64,000 bases of DNA from contig JAYKHS010000003.1 of NCBI GenBank assembly GCA_035285865.1, positions 32,001 to 96,000 on the forward strand. Reading direction: 5' to 3'. A model generated the notes under the pieces. That model did not search any database. It saw only the letters and a program-made list of their open reading frames with translations, and was not told the origin of the DNA. The stretch is from Candidatus Sericytochromatia bacterium. GTDB lineage: Bacteria; Cyanobacteriota; Sericytochromatia; S15B-MN24; VGJW01. Within the stretch, counting starts at the first letter, position 1; each line of letters begins with the position of its first letter. Shown here piece by piece: positions 19,090 to 27,535 of the stretch. A program made the position numbers and the translations under genes.

Positions 19090-22053
19090 CTACTTGCCGG
19101 CCAGCAACTCGGCCATCCTGGACGCCGTGGACTCGTCCACGTACTCGTTGATGGCGTACTCGCCACTGGCGAGTCGGTAGGACTGCTTGAGGCCCTGCTT
19201 TTGCTTGAAGGCGATGACGGCCTCGGCCGTCGCATCGTCGAACTGACCGCTCGCTGCGACCTTGAAGCCCAGCTTGCCGAGCACCAGTTGCAAGCTGCGA
19301 ATGGTATCCGCATCGCCGGTGTCGGGACCGACAGCCGCCTGCGGATACGAGGCCACCTCGACCACAAAGGCCTCGATGTTCGCCCGATCGGCCTTGAGGC
19401 CGTACTGCTTGGCGTATTCTGCCACCTGGGCGTCGGTCATCCGCTTGTCCGAAGGCGCAGCAGGCTTGTCCGCAGGCTTTGCCGGGACGGGCTTGTCCGC
19501 AGGCTTCGTCGCGGCAGGCTTGTCCGCAGGCTTGGCAGGCTGGGCCGGAGCCGCCTGCTGCCCGGGAAGTCCCTTGGCGTCGGCAGGCATCTTCAGGGTC
19601 TGGCCGATGTGGATCATGTTGGCATTGGCACCGATGAGCTCCTTGTTGAGCTCGTAGATCTCACGCCACCGTGCTTCGCTGCCCAGGTAGCGCCGTGCGA
19701 TCCCGGACAATCCAGCCTGACGATCTTCCTTGGTGACGGCGTAGGACAGCTCCTTGGGAGCCTCCGGCTCGGCCGGCGCCTCGGGATCGACGATCTTCGG
19801 CTCTTCGACCGGCGTCTCGGCCGCAGGCTCCTCGGCAACGGGCTTGGTCGCGACAGGATCCTCCGCGGCCGGCTTGCCAATCACGGGCTCCTCCTCGGAG
19901 GGGACATCGACAGCAGGCTCTTCGAGGGTCGGCTCGGCCTTGACCTTGACGGGCTGCCCGGCGCGCTCACCGGCCTTCATCGCCTCCACGAGGAGGGCCG
20001 CCGTGCGGTCATCGACATACTCGTTGACGGCGGGTTGGCCGTCGGCCAGGCGATAGGACTGCGTGATGCCGTGACGCTGCTTGAAGTCGATGACCGCTTC
20101 AGCCGTGGCATCGTCGAAGGTGCCGGAAGGCTCGACCTTGTAGCCGTAGGCCCGCAGAACCGTCTGCAGCTGGCGCACCTGCTCGGGAGAACCGGTGTCG
20201 GGCCCGATGGAATCCGTCTCGTAGCTACGGATCTCCTGCACGAACGCCTCTACGTTACGAGATGTGGGCAACAGACCGTAACGCTCGGCGACGGCCTGGA
20301 TGCGCTCCTCGGAGAGCGGACCGTCTGCGGAGGGCTCGTCGGTCGCCGACGGACGGTCCACGTACAGATCGTCGTAGTCGCGGCGCACGTCACCGAGAGT
20401 GCCCTGACCGACACGATTGGCCAGCCCGGCGACGCCCAGCGCAGGGACGAACAGTGAGGCAGGAGTCGCGAGTGCCGCTGCGGCAAGGGTGCCGGGCGCC
20501 TTGATGATTGACTGGATCAGCTCGGATACCGTCATCGACCCGACGGCCGTGAGTCCGCGGCCGATGGCCCGGACAGGTGCCGTGACAATCTGCCCGACGT
20601 TGATGGTCGAAAGCGTGGCTGCCGCAGAGCGCAGGACCTCACCAGCGGAAGAGATGACCTTGCCCGGCAGGCGGACTGGCGCCAGGATCAGGTCCTTCAG
20701 CGTCATCTGGCCGATCTGACTGACGACGTTGCCGATGCGGCCCGCAGCGGAAGCCACCTCGTTGCCGAGGTAAGTGCCCACCTTGACGGTGCCGGCGATG
20801 CCGCGGTCCACGCCCTTGCCGACGAACCGAGCACCGTTGACCAGGGGGCGCTCGACGAAATTCGAGCGTGCGAACCACTTGGACGCGTCGGCCGCAGCAC
20901 CCGTGAGGCGGGCGCTGTCCACCAGTTTGCGAACAGCGGCGGCATCCTTGGCGAGGCCCATGACCTCGGCAGCCTTGGCCGCGGCGGCAGCCTTGGCCGC
21001 GGGCACGGCCTGGCCGGCGGCGCGGGCCTGCCAATAGGTCTGATGCGCGGCGGCAAGACCGGCGGAACCCATCTTGTGGGTGATGCCCGCTTCCTTGAGT
21101 GCAGCCTTGGCTGCACCCGTCATCACCGGCTTCTGAGCCAGTCGCGTGGCGACACGACCCGCATCGGCCGCCTTGTCGGCACCCGAGACGACCTTGGCTG
21201 CGCCTGCGGCGGCGCGGCTGGCCACCTGTCCGGCGCCCTGCAGGGCGGACGAGGCCTTGAAGGCCGCCGTCATGCCCGAAGCCTTCATGCCCGCCTGAAC
21301 ACTGGCTCGAGCAGCGGCAATGGCCGCAGAATCACCGGCGGCAGCGACCTGGGCGGCCTTCTTGAGGACGCCGGCGTATTCCGTCAGCTTGGCGGCCTGC
21401 GCCGACAGCTTGGCGGCGTTCGCGGTCGCGCCGGAGGCCTTGGCGGCCGCTGCGGCATCCTGCAGAAGCTTGGCCTTGCCGAGGACCTTGTCGACACCGC
21501 GCGTCAGACGCATACCATAGGAAAGCTTGCCCGCGACGGTCGCGGTCTTCTCTGCAGCTGCTGCACCCTTGACGACGGCGTTGGTGGTGGTCGCCGCACC
21601 CTTGGTTGCGGCACCGACGCCCTTGGCACCGCCCGAGGCCGCGCCACCGCCGATGAAGAACGATCCGATCTCGACGATGCCCCGACCCAGGGCCTTCCCC
21701 GGTCGGCCCTCCTTGATGGCCGAGGTGTAGGGATCGACAAACGCGCTGATGAGCGCAGCGGGATGCGTGATGGCGTAGCCGATGCCCTTGATGGTCTGGA
21801 TCGGGTGGGCGATCATCGTGCCCACGCCCTTGGCCATGTCCCAGATGGCCTCGCCACCGCCGACGAAAACGTCGGCTACGTGGCCGAACAGGCCACGACC
21901 TTCCTTTTCGCGAACGTAGCCGGAATCGAGATCCTCCTCGAGCTCACGGCGGCGCGCCGGATCCACCGAAGGGAGATCGTAGCGCTCCTCCGGCAGAGCC
22001 CGCGACGGGTAACCGGAACCGCTGATCGACGAATTGGAAACGCCGGACATCAC
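19090..22053 (-). CDS. Large protein: pre-toxin-like N-terminus, Ala/Lys-rich helix, two peptidoglycan-binding domains flanking a LysM domain
   Basis: Duplicated ~110-aa module (GPDTG...V/IR.LQ.VL...G.KV..SG.FDDATAEAVI.FKQ..G); LysM (YAV...LSGIARRYLGSEARWREIYELN...IHIGQTLKMP); no signal peptide. Confidence 0.8.
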   Translation of the reverse strand: MMSGVSNSSISGSGYPSRALPEERYDLPSVDPARRRELEEDLDSGYVREKEGRGLFGHVADVFVGGGEAIWDMAKGVGTMIAHPIQTIKGIGYAITHPAALISAFVDPYTSAIKEGRPGKALGRGIVEIGSFFIGGGAASGGAKGVGAATKGAATTTNAVVKGAAAAEKTATVAGKLSYGMRLTRGVDKVLGKAKLLQDAAAAAKASGATANAAKLSAQAAKLTEYAGVLKKAAQVAAAGDSAAIAAARASVQAGMKASGMTAAFKASSALQGAGQVASRAAAGAAKVVSGADKAADAGRVATRLAQKPVMTGAAKAALKEAGITHKMGSAGLAAAHQTYWQARAAGQAVPAAKAAAAAKAAEVMGLAKDAAAVRKLVDSARLTGAAADASKWFARSNFVERPLVNGARFVGKGVDRGIAGTVKVGTYLGNEVASAAGRIGNVVSQIGQMTLKDLILAPVRLPGKVISSAGEVLRSAAATLSTINVGQIVTAPVRAIGRGLTAVGSMTVSELIQSIIKAPGTLAAAALATPASLFVPALGVAGLANRVGQGTLGDVRRDYDDLYVDRPSATDEPSADGPLSEERIQAVAERYGLLPTSRNVEAFVQEIRSYETDSIGPDTGSPEQVRQLQTVLRAYGYKVEPSGTFDDATAEAVIDFKQRHGITQSYRLADGQPAVNEYVDDRTAALLVEAMKAGERAGQPVKVKAEPTLEEPAVDVPSEEEPVIGKPAAEDPVATKPVAEEPAAETPVEEPKIVDPEAPAEPEAPKELSYAVTKEDRQAGLSGIARRYLGSEARWREIYELNKELIGANANMIHIGQTLKMPADAKGLPGQQAAPAQPAKPADKPAATKPADKPVPAKPADKPAAPSDKRMTDAQVAEYAKQYGLKADRANIEAFVVEVASYPQAAVGPDTGDADTIRSLQLVLGKLGFKVAASGQFDDATAEAVIAFKQKQGLKQSYRLASGEYAINEYVDESTASRMAELLAGK
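19458..19540 (-). repeat. Short intragenic tandem repeats encoding a KPADKPA linker
   Basis: GGCTTGTCCGCAGGCTT occurs three times at 27-bp spacing. Confidence 0.8.
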
Positions 22054-22113
22054 GACCTCCTCGCAACGAGGCTTGGAACGGGATCAGGGGGGCGATGGAC
22101 GTCCCCTGTCTTC

Positions 22114-22140
22114 TTGTCGCCGGATGGGGGACCAAGCTTA
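22114..22140 (-). promoter_or_regulatory. Possible sigma28 (FliA)-type promoter
   Basis: Minus strand TAAG-N15-GGCGACAA versus consensus TAAA-N15-GCCGATAA, about 60 nt upstream of the 987-aa gene. Confidence 0.3.
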
Positions 22141-22333
22141 CGGGTCCTCGCCTGAATTTGCGTATAAATTCTGGTGAAGACCCACATCCGGGACCTCCGG
22201 ACCAAGGGCCGCCAACAGGCGACCATGGCCTCTCCGGGCATCATACCCCAATTTGACGGCTGCTTGACAGCCCCCGACACCCAAGCCGGGAACAAGCCCC
22301 GCACAAGTCTCTTTGCCGAAACTCCCTCGCCGG

Positions 22334-22756
22334 TTAACCCTGGCACGTGGAGCAGACGCCGCGGACCTCGAACTCGAACGCGGAGAGCGCGAACCCGTGC
22401 CGTTCCGCAACCTCCCGCGCCAGATCGCCGACGGCGGGCTCGGAGAACTCCAGGGGCCGCAGGCATACGACGCAGATCAGGTGGTGGTGCTGGGGATCGG
22501 CCTGACGGACCCACTCGTAGTGGCGATGGCCTTCCGTGAAGTCGTGTTCCCTGAGGTGGCCCAGGCGAACGAGCAGGTTGAGCGTCCTGTAAGTCGTCGC
22601 GAGGCTTATGCCGGCACGTCTCTGGACCAGGCGCGCGTGCAGATCCTCCGCAGACAGGTGAGTACCCGCGGGCAACTCGGCGAACGCCTCCAGAATGGCG
22701 AGGCGCTGGGGCGTGACCCGCAGGCCCGACTGCCTCAGCAGTTCGGCATCAGCCAT
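22334..22756 (-). CDS. fur: Fur family transcriptional regulator
   Basis: GLRVTPQRLAIL, HLSAEDL, ISLATTYRTL, HHHLICVVC, GVCSTC. Confidence 0.9.
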   Translation of the reverse strand: MADAELLRQSGLRVTPQRLAILEAFAELPAGTHLSAEDLHARLVQRRAGISLATTYRTLNLLVRLGHLREHDFTEGHRHYEWVRQADPQHHHLICVVCLRPLEFSEPAVGDLAREVAERHGFALSAFEFEVRGVCSTCQG

Positions 22757-22766
22757 GCCCGATCCT

Positions 22767-23783
22767 TCAGACGGCCGCGGCCGTCTCGGCGCGCCATGGC
22801 ATCCGGATGATGAATTCGGTACCGACGTTGATCTCCGAGGCCACGTCGATGGTGCCCTTGTGCGCCACAATCAGATCCTTGACGATGGACAGACCCAGAC
22901 CCACACCACCCGTGACCCGACTGCGGGACTTGTCGACGCGGTAGAAGCGATCGAAGATGCGCGGCCTGTCGATCTCGGGAATGCCGATGCCCGTGTCGAT
23001 GACGCGCACTTCCAAACCGCCCTCGAGCATCGTGAACCGCAGCGTGACACGTCCCTCGGCAGGCGTGAACTTGATGGCGTTGTCAACCAGATTGAGGATG
23101 ACCTGATGCACGCGATCCCGATCCCAACGCACGGCCGGAACATCGTCCGGCGCCTCGAGGCGAAGATCGACATGATTCAGGGCCGCATGGGGCTCCAAGG
23201 TCGCGATCACCTCCTGGGCAAGATCCAGCGGCGAGAAGTCGGACAGGTGCAGGACCGGACGTCCGCGCAGGTTGGCGACCACCAGGATCTCGTTGACGAG
23301 GCGCGTCAGGCGCTCCGCCTCGCGCTGGATGTTGGAGGCGAACTTCGTCCGGAGCGTCTCGCTGGCCATGGCGCCCATCTGCAGAGACTCTGCCGCCATC
23401 CGAATGCTCGTGAGCGGCGTGCGCAGTTCATGTGAGACGTTGGCGACGAAATCCTGCTGCAGGCTTGCCAGGCGCTGCTGGGGACCGATGTCCGTCAGGG
23501 CCAGCACCTGACATCCTCCCGGCCGCGAAGCGGAAAGCAGCAAGACCTGGTCCTGGGCCCAATCCGGGGTGATCTGGATGGCGCCCTCGCCCTCGCGCAC
23601 CAGGACTGCGACCTCTGGAAGCGCCAGCAGCATGTCGAGGCGACGCGCTGCCTCCGCCGAATCGGCATCGTCCGACGCCACAAGGACCGCGAGGGCCGCC
23701 GCCGAGGGGCGCGGCTCGCCGCCGCTCCCCCAGCAGATTGAACCCAGAATCTGGGGAGGCAGGAACAGACCGTCAGTCGCCAT
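22767..23783 (-). CDS. Cytoplasmic sensor histidine kinase (PhoR/SphS-like)
   Basis: H-box DFVANVSHELRTPLTSI, N-box NLVDNAIKFT, G1 DTGIGI, F-box RFYRVDKSRSR, G2 GLGLSIVK; no TM segment. Confidence 0.9.
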   Translation of the reverse strand: MATDGLFLPPQILGSICWGSGGEPRPSAAALAVLVASDDADSAEAARRLDMLLALPEVAVLVREGEGAIQITPDWAQDQVLLLSASRPGGCQVLALTDIGPQQRLASLQQDFVANVSHELRTPLTSIRMAAESLQMGAMASETLRTKFASNIQREAERLTRLVNEILVVANLRGRPVLHLSDFSPLDLAQEVIATLEPHAALNHVDLRLEAPDDVPAVRWDRDRVHQVILNLVDNAIKFTPAEGRVTLRFTMLEGGLEVRVIDTGIGIPEIDRPRIFDRFYRVDKSRSRVTGGVGLGLSIVKDLIVAHKGTIDVASEINVGTEFIIRMPWRAETAAAV

Positions 23784-25044
23784 CTCGATCCTCACAAAGG
23801 GCAAGAGCCAAGGCAGCATAGCCCAGGGCAGCATTCGCCACAGCTCCCAGGGACACCCGCTCCCCGGGCGTATGGGAAGTGGCTTCCTCGCCGGGACCGT
23901 AGCCGATGGTCGGCAGGCCCAAGGCACCGGCGGCATAGGAACCGTCCGTCCCGAAAGCCCACTTGTCGAGCCGTGGTTGCTGGCCGACGCCCCGAAGCGC
24001 CTCCAGCGCGCGCCTGACCATCGGATGGTCATCGCGGGTGAGCCACGGGGCCATGACCTTGGGCACTTCACGGACGAGGCCGGTCCATGTCGTCTCGACC
24101 TCCTCGCGGATGCGCACGTCCCCGAGGAAGGACGGATCCCGTTGGCTAACCTGGCTCAGGATGGTCCGCATCTGCCCCACGACGGCATCGAGGGACTCGC
24201 CTGGCAAGTAGCGACGGTCGATGGTGGCCACGCATCGATCCGGAATGCGGCTGCCATCGGCCGGCCGGGTGGCGAGGCCCGTCAGGGCCACGGTACTGCG
24301 TTCGAGCAGCGGGTGACTGGGCAGGGCACGCTGCAACTCCTCGACGGCCTCAATCACCGGCATCATCTTGTGGGCTGCATTCTGTCCCAGCCACGGCACG
24401 CTCGCATGGGCCGTGCGACCGTAAGTCTCGATCTCGAGTTCCGCCCGACCGCGATGGCCCAGATGAACCGCGAGGCCCGTCGGGTCTCCCAGCACCACCA
24501 TGGCGGGGCGGATGCCCAGATCCGGCAACGTCTGCTCCAGCAGATGCTGGGACCCCAGACAACCCGCCCGTTCGGAGTGCACCACGGCGGCAAACACCAA
24601 ATCGCCTGTGGGCCAACCCTCCTCGGCCAGAGCAGCCACGGCCTCAACCTGCGCCGCCATCGCCCCTTTGCAGGAGGCCACCCCCAGCCCGTGCAACCAG
24701 CCGTCGCGCACCTCCCCCGAATGGGGCGAGACCGGCCACGACTCGGACGCGCCGGCAGCCGCAGTGTCGAGGTGAGTCGCCAGAACCAGCACGGGCCCCG
24801 GCCGAGCCCCCTTCAGGACGTGTACCACGTTGCCCGCACGGTCGATACGCGCACCCTCGAGGCCACGGGCCGCAAGCATCGCCACGAGTGCCTCCGCCAG
24901 CACGCCCTCGGCACCCGTCGGGCTGGGGATCCGAGCAAGGCTGACGACGAGCGCCTCGAGGCGGTCGCGTCGTTCCGCCAGACGCCGTGCCACGCGGGCT
25001 CCCAGGTCGTCGCTCATGACAGGCGAGGATAGCACCCCTGCCAT
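23773..25044 (-). CDS. M20/ArgE/DapE-family (YgeY-like) metallohydrolase with altered metal ligands
   Basis: HLDT, GHRGR, GRTAHASVPWLGQNA, FGTDG, GYGPG..SH; DMKG reads SCKG and EE reads SE. Confidence 0.85.
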   Translation of the reverse strand: MAGVLSSPVMSDDLGARVARRLAERRDRLEALVVSLARIPSPTGAEGVLAEALVAMLAARGLEGARIDRAGNVVHVLKGARPGPVLVLATHLDTAAAGASESWPVSPHSGEVRDGWLHGLGVASCKGAMAAQVEAVAALAEEGWPTGDLVFAAVVHSERAGCLGSQHLLEQTLPDLGIRPAMVVLGDPTGLAVHLGHRGRAELEIETYGRTAHASVPWLGQNAAHKMMPVIEAVEELQRALPSHPLLERSTVALTGLATRPADGSRIPDRCVATIDRRYLPGESLDAVVGQMRTILSQVSQRDPSFLGDVRIREEVETTWTGLVREVPKVMAPWLTRDDHPMVRRALEALRGVGQQPRLDKWAFGTDGSYAAGALGLPTIGYGPGEEATSHTPGERVSLGAVANAALGYAALALALCEDRDGD

Positions 25045-25081
25045 GTCCCGGCCAAGCCCGGAGGAAATGCAGGACCAGCCC

Positions 25082-25111
25082 TTGACGGACTCTGAATGAC
25101 GGCTTTACACT
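25082..25111 (+). promoter_or_regulatory. Sigma70-type promoter of the infC operon
   Basis: TTGACG-18 bp-TACACT. Confidence 0.7.
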
Positions 25112-25117
25112 GATTGT

Positions 25118-25223
25118 CGAAGTAGAAGGCCCACCTTCTCGCCTGGCGACTCATCGCCCAGGCCAACACTGCGAGTTCTCGCGGTACGTCAGGCAGGTGG
25201 AGCACCACCTGCCTTTTTGTTTT
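25118..25223 (+). ncRNA. Ribosomal protein L20 leader (autoregulatory attenuator)
   Basis: AAGTAGAAGGCCCACCTTCTCGCCTG resembles the 5' hairpin of the L20 leader. It ends in terminator AGGCAGGTGG-AGCA-CCACCTGCCT-TTTTGTTTT and lies upstream of infC-rpmI-rplT. Confidence 0.75.
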
Positions 25224-25252
25224 GCACCCACCCCTGCTTGGAGATTCCGACC

Positions 25253-25855
25253 ATTCTGAGGGACAGCACCCTGTTGAACGAGCGCATCCGCGCCCGTGAG
25301 GTCCGCACCATCGACGACGATGGCGCGCAGCTCGGCATCCTGCCGACCCGCGAAGCCCTGCGGATCGCCCAGGAGAAGGGTCTGGACCTGGTGCTTGTGG
25401 CGGCAGACGCCAATCCTCCCGTCTGCAAAATCATGGATTACGGTCGCCACAAGTTCGAACAGGAAAAGAAGAATCGCGAGGCACGCCGGAAGCAGCACGT
25501 CGTCAGCCTCAAGGAGGTCACGCTTTCCTACAAGATCGGCGAGCATGACTATCAGGTCCGCTTCCGGGCCATCCAGCGCTTCCTGCTGGAAGGCGACAAG
25601 GTCAAGGTCACCATCCGCTTCCGTGGCCGCGAGATGCAGCACCAGGCGCTCGGCATCAACGTGCTGATGCGTTTTGCCCGCGAGTTGACGGACATCTGCA
25701 CCATCGAGCGCGATCCCCGCCAGGAGGGCCGCACGCTCTTCCTGATCCTGGCCCCCAAAAAAGGCATCACTCCCGAAAAGCGTGATGCCGTCAAGCAGGA
25801 CAAGGCCGTTCAGGCCGCGGCACCTGCCGGTCCCTCCGGGGACCTTGTTCCCTAA
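25253..25855 (+). CDS. infC: Translation initiation factor IF-3 (ATT start)
   Basis: NERIRAREVR, LDLVLVA, PPVCKIMDYG, GDKVKVTIRFRGRE; GGAG RBS then ATT at 25253. Confidence 0.95.
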   Translation: MLRDSTLLNERIRAREVRTIDDDGAQLGILPTREALRIAQEKGLDLVLVAADANPPVCKIMDYGRHKFEQEKKNREARRKQHVVSLKEVTLSYKIGEHDYQVRFRAIQRFLLEGDKVKVTIRFRGREMQHQALGINVLMRFARELTDICTIERDPRQEGRTLFLILAPKKGITPEKRDAVKQDKAVQAAAPAGPSGDLVP

Positions 25856-25878
25856 GCCCTTTTCCCAAGGAGCATGTC

Positions 25879-26088
25879 ATGCCGAAGATGAAGACTCACC
25901 GCGCCTCCGCGAAGCGTTACAAGACCACGGGTTCGGGCAAAATTGTCCGCCGCACCTCTTTCCGCAAGCACCTGCTCGTCGACAAGTCGGGCGCCCGTCT
26001 CCGCAGGATCGGGGACGAGCAGGAGGTCTCGAAGGCCGATGAGGCTCGGGTCCGCAGTGCCCTGCCCTACATCAAGTACACCCGCTGA
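25879..26088 (+). CDS. rpmI: 50S ribosomal protein L35
   Basis: MPKMKTHRASAKRYKTTGSGK. Confidence 0.97.
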   Translation: MPKMKTHRASAKRYKTTGSGKIVRRTSFRKHLLVDKSGARLRRIGDEQEVSKADEARVRSALPYIKYTR

Positions 26089-26132
26089 TTTCCCTCTTCC
26101 TGTTCTCGCTTTCTTCCTAAGGAGACTCGACC

Positions 26133-26504
26133 ATGCGCGTCAAGCGTGGCAATGCCAACCGTCGCAAGCACAAGAAGGTCCTGAAGCTCGTCCGCGGCCA
26201 TCGCGCGGGCACGAGCAAGCTGTTCCGCACGGCCAACCAGGCGATGATGAAGGCCCTGCGGTACATGTACCGCCACCGTCGGGAGCGCAAGAGCGACTTC
26301 CGCAGCCTGTGGATCCAGCGGATCAACGCGGCGGCCCGCATCAATGGCCTGAGCTACAGCCAGATGATCCACGGCCTGAAGCTTGCCGAGATCGCCGTCA
26401 ACCGCAAGATGTTGGCTGAACTCGCCCTGACTGATGCCGGCGCGTTCACGGCGCTCGCCAACCGGGCCCGTGAAGCCCGCGCGGCAGCTGTCAAGACGGC
26501 CTGA
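26133..26504 (+). CDS. rplT: 50S ribosomal protein L20
   Basis: [29 protein letters not shown]. Confidence 0.97.
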   Translation: MRVKRGNANRRKHKKVLKLVRGHRAGTSKLFRTANQAMMKALRYMYRHRRERKSDFRSLWIQRINAAARINGLSYSQMIHGLKLAEIAVNRKMLAELALTDAGAFTALANRAREARAAAVKTA

Positions 26505-26518
26505 AGCCCGAGCAGACG

Positions 26519-26555
26519 ACAGGTCCCCTGCACCGGCTGGTGCAGGGGGCCTGTT
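26519..26555. terminator. Hairpin terminator after rplT
   Basis: ACAGGTCCCCTGCACC-GGCT-GGTGCAGGGGGCCTGT. Confidence 0.7.
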
Positions 26556-26579
26556 CCTTGGCGGATGATAGCCTGGTGC

Positions 26580-27461
26580 TCAGCTGTCGTCGCCTGGATT
26601 CTCGGGCGGCGGTGCCGGGGAAGGCAGGATGATCGGAGGCTCTTCCGGAACGGGCTCCACGATGTAGCGGATGACCTCGAGTTTCAAGCCGGCACGGATG
26701 ACCTCGCCACTGATGGCGTCGATCGCAATAACGGTCATCTGCGTCTCGAGCCCGTCCAGAAAGGCCCAGACGGGACCGATGACCAGCGGCCGGATCAGCA
26801 CGGCCGCCTTGGCGAGACCATCACCCGAATACCCGGCACGCCGGGCGATGGCATAGGCCTCGTGGGCATCGATGCCGAAGTCGTCCTGCACACCCTGCAG
26901 GAAAGGTGAGCCCCTATCCATGCGTCGGGAGATCTCCTCGTGGTTGCGGCTGATCCACGGCTGCAGGCGGAAGGCCTGAACGAGGCTGCGCCGAACGGCC
27001 GGCGAGTAGTGGACGTGTTGGACCTCGGAGAGGGACTTCAGGCCCTTGAAGCCCCAGGCCACATAGACCTGCCGAGCGTCACGATGCCACGCCCTTGCCA
27101 CCGCAGAAGCCCGTTCCTGGCTATGCTTCGGCTGTACCTGAACGGTGCGCGCCGGGGAACCGCTCTCCCCGACCTCACCCTCCGGGTAGCGGATCAGGCC
27201 ACCGGCCTGCTCCCGGCGCAACGCCCCGTACAGATCCGCGACCGGATCCGTGGGCCCGACGCGGAATGCCGGCAAGCCATCGGCCACCGGAAGGACCTCC
27301 CGAGTCGCCCCCGAGCCAACCGTGAGTGCCAGTTCCAGCGGGACGACAGGGCCCACGTGCTGCGACGGGACACCAGCGACTGCAGACATGCCCAAGGGCA
27401 CCGCCCGGCCGCAGCCGACGGCAACGCCGCAGCACAACAAGCCGGAAACGACCCAACGCAT
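26580..27461 (-). CDS. Hypothetical lipoprotein with PepSY-like C-terminal segment
   Basis: Lipobox AVGC; IDAHEAYAIAR...PVW...IAIDAISGEVI; Pro-rich tail. Confidence 0.6.
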   Translation of the reverse strand: MRWVVSGLLCCGVAVGCGRAVPLGMSAVAGVPSQHVGPVVPLELALTVGSGATREVLPVADGLPAFRVGPTDPVADLYGALRREQAGGLIRYPEGEVGESGSPARTVQVQPKHSQERASAVARAWHRDARQVYVAWGFKGLKSLSEVQHVHYSPAVRRSLVQAFRLQPWISRNHEEISRRMDRGSPFLQGVQDDFGIDAHEAYAIARRAGYSGDGLAKAAVLIRPLVIGPVWAFLDGLETQMTVIAIDAISGEVIRAGLKLEVIRYIVEPVPEEPPIILPSPAPPPENPGDDS

Positions 27462-27535
27462 GGCCTTAGTTTACCGCATCTTAACTGCTGCTTCAAGGTG
27501 TCGTGACACCCTCGCGGAGTGTGAAAGCCCGGCAC

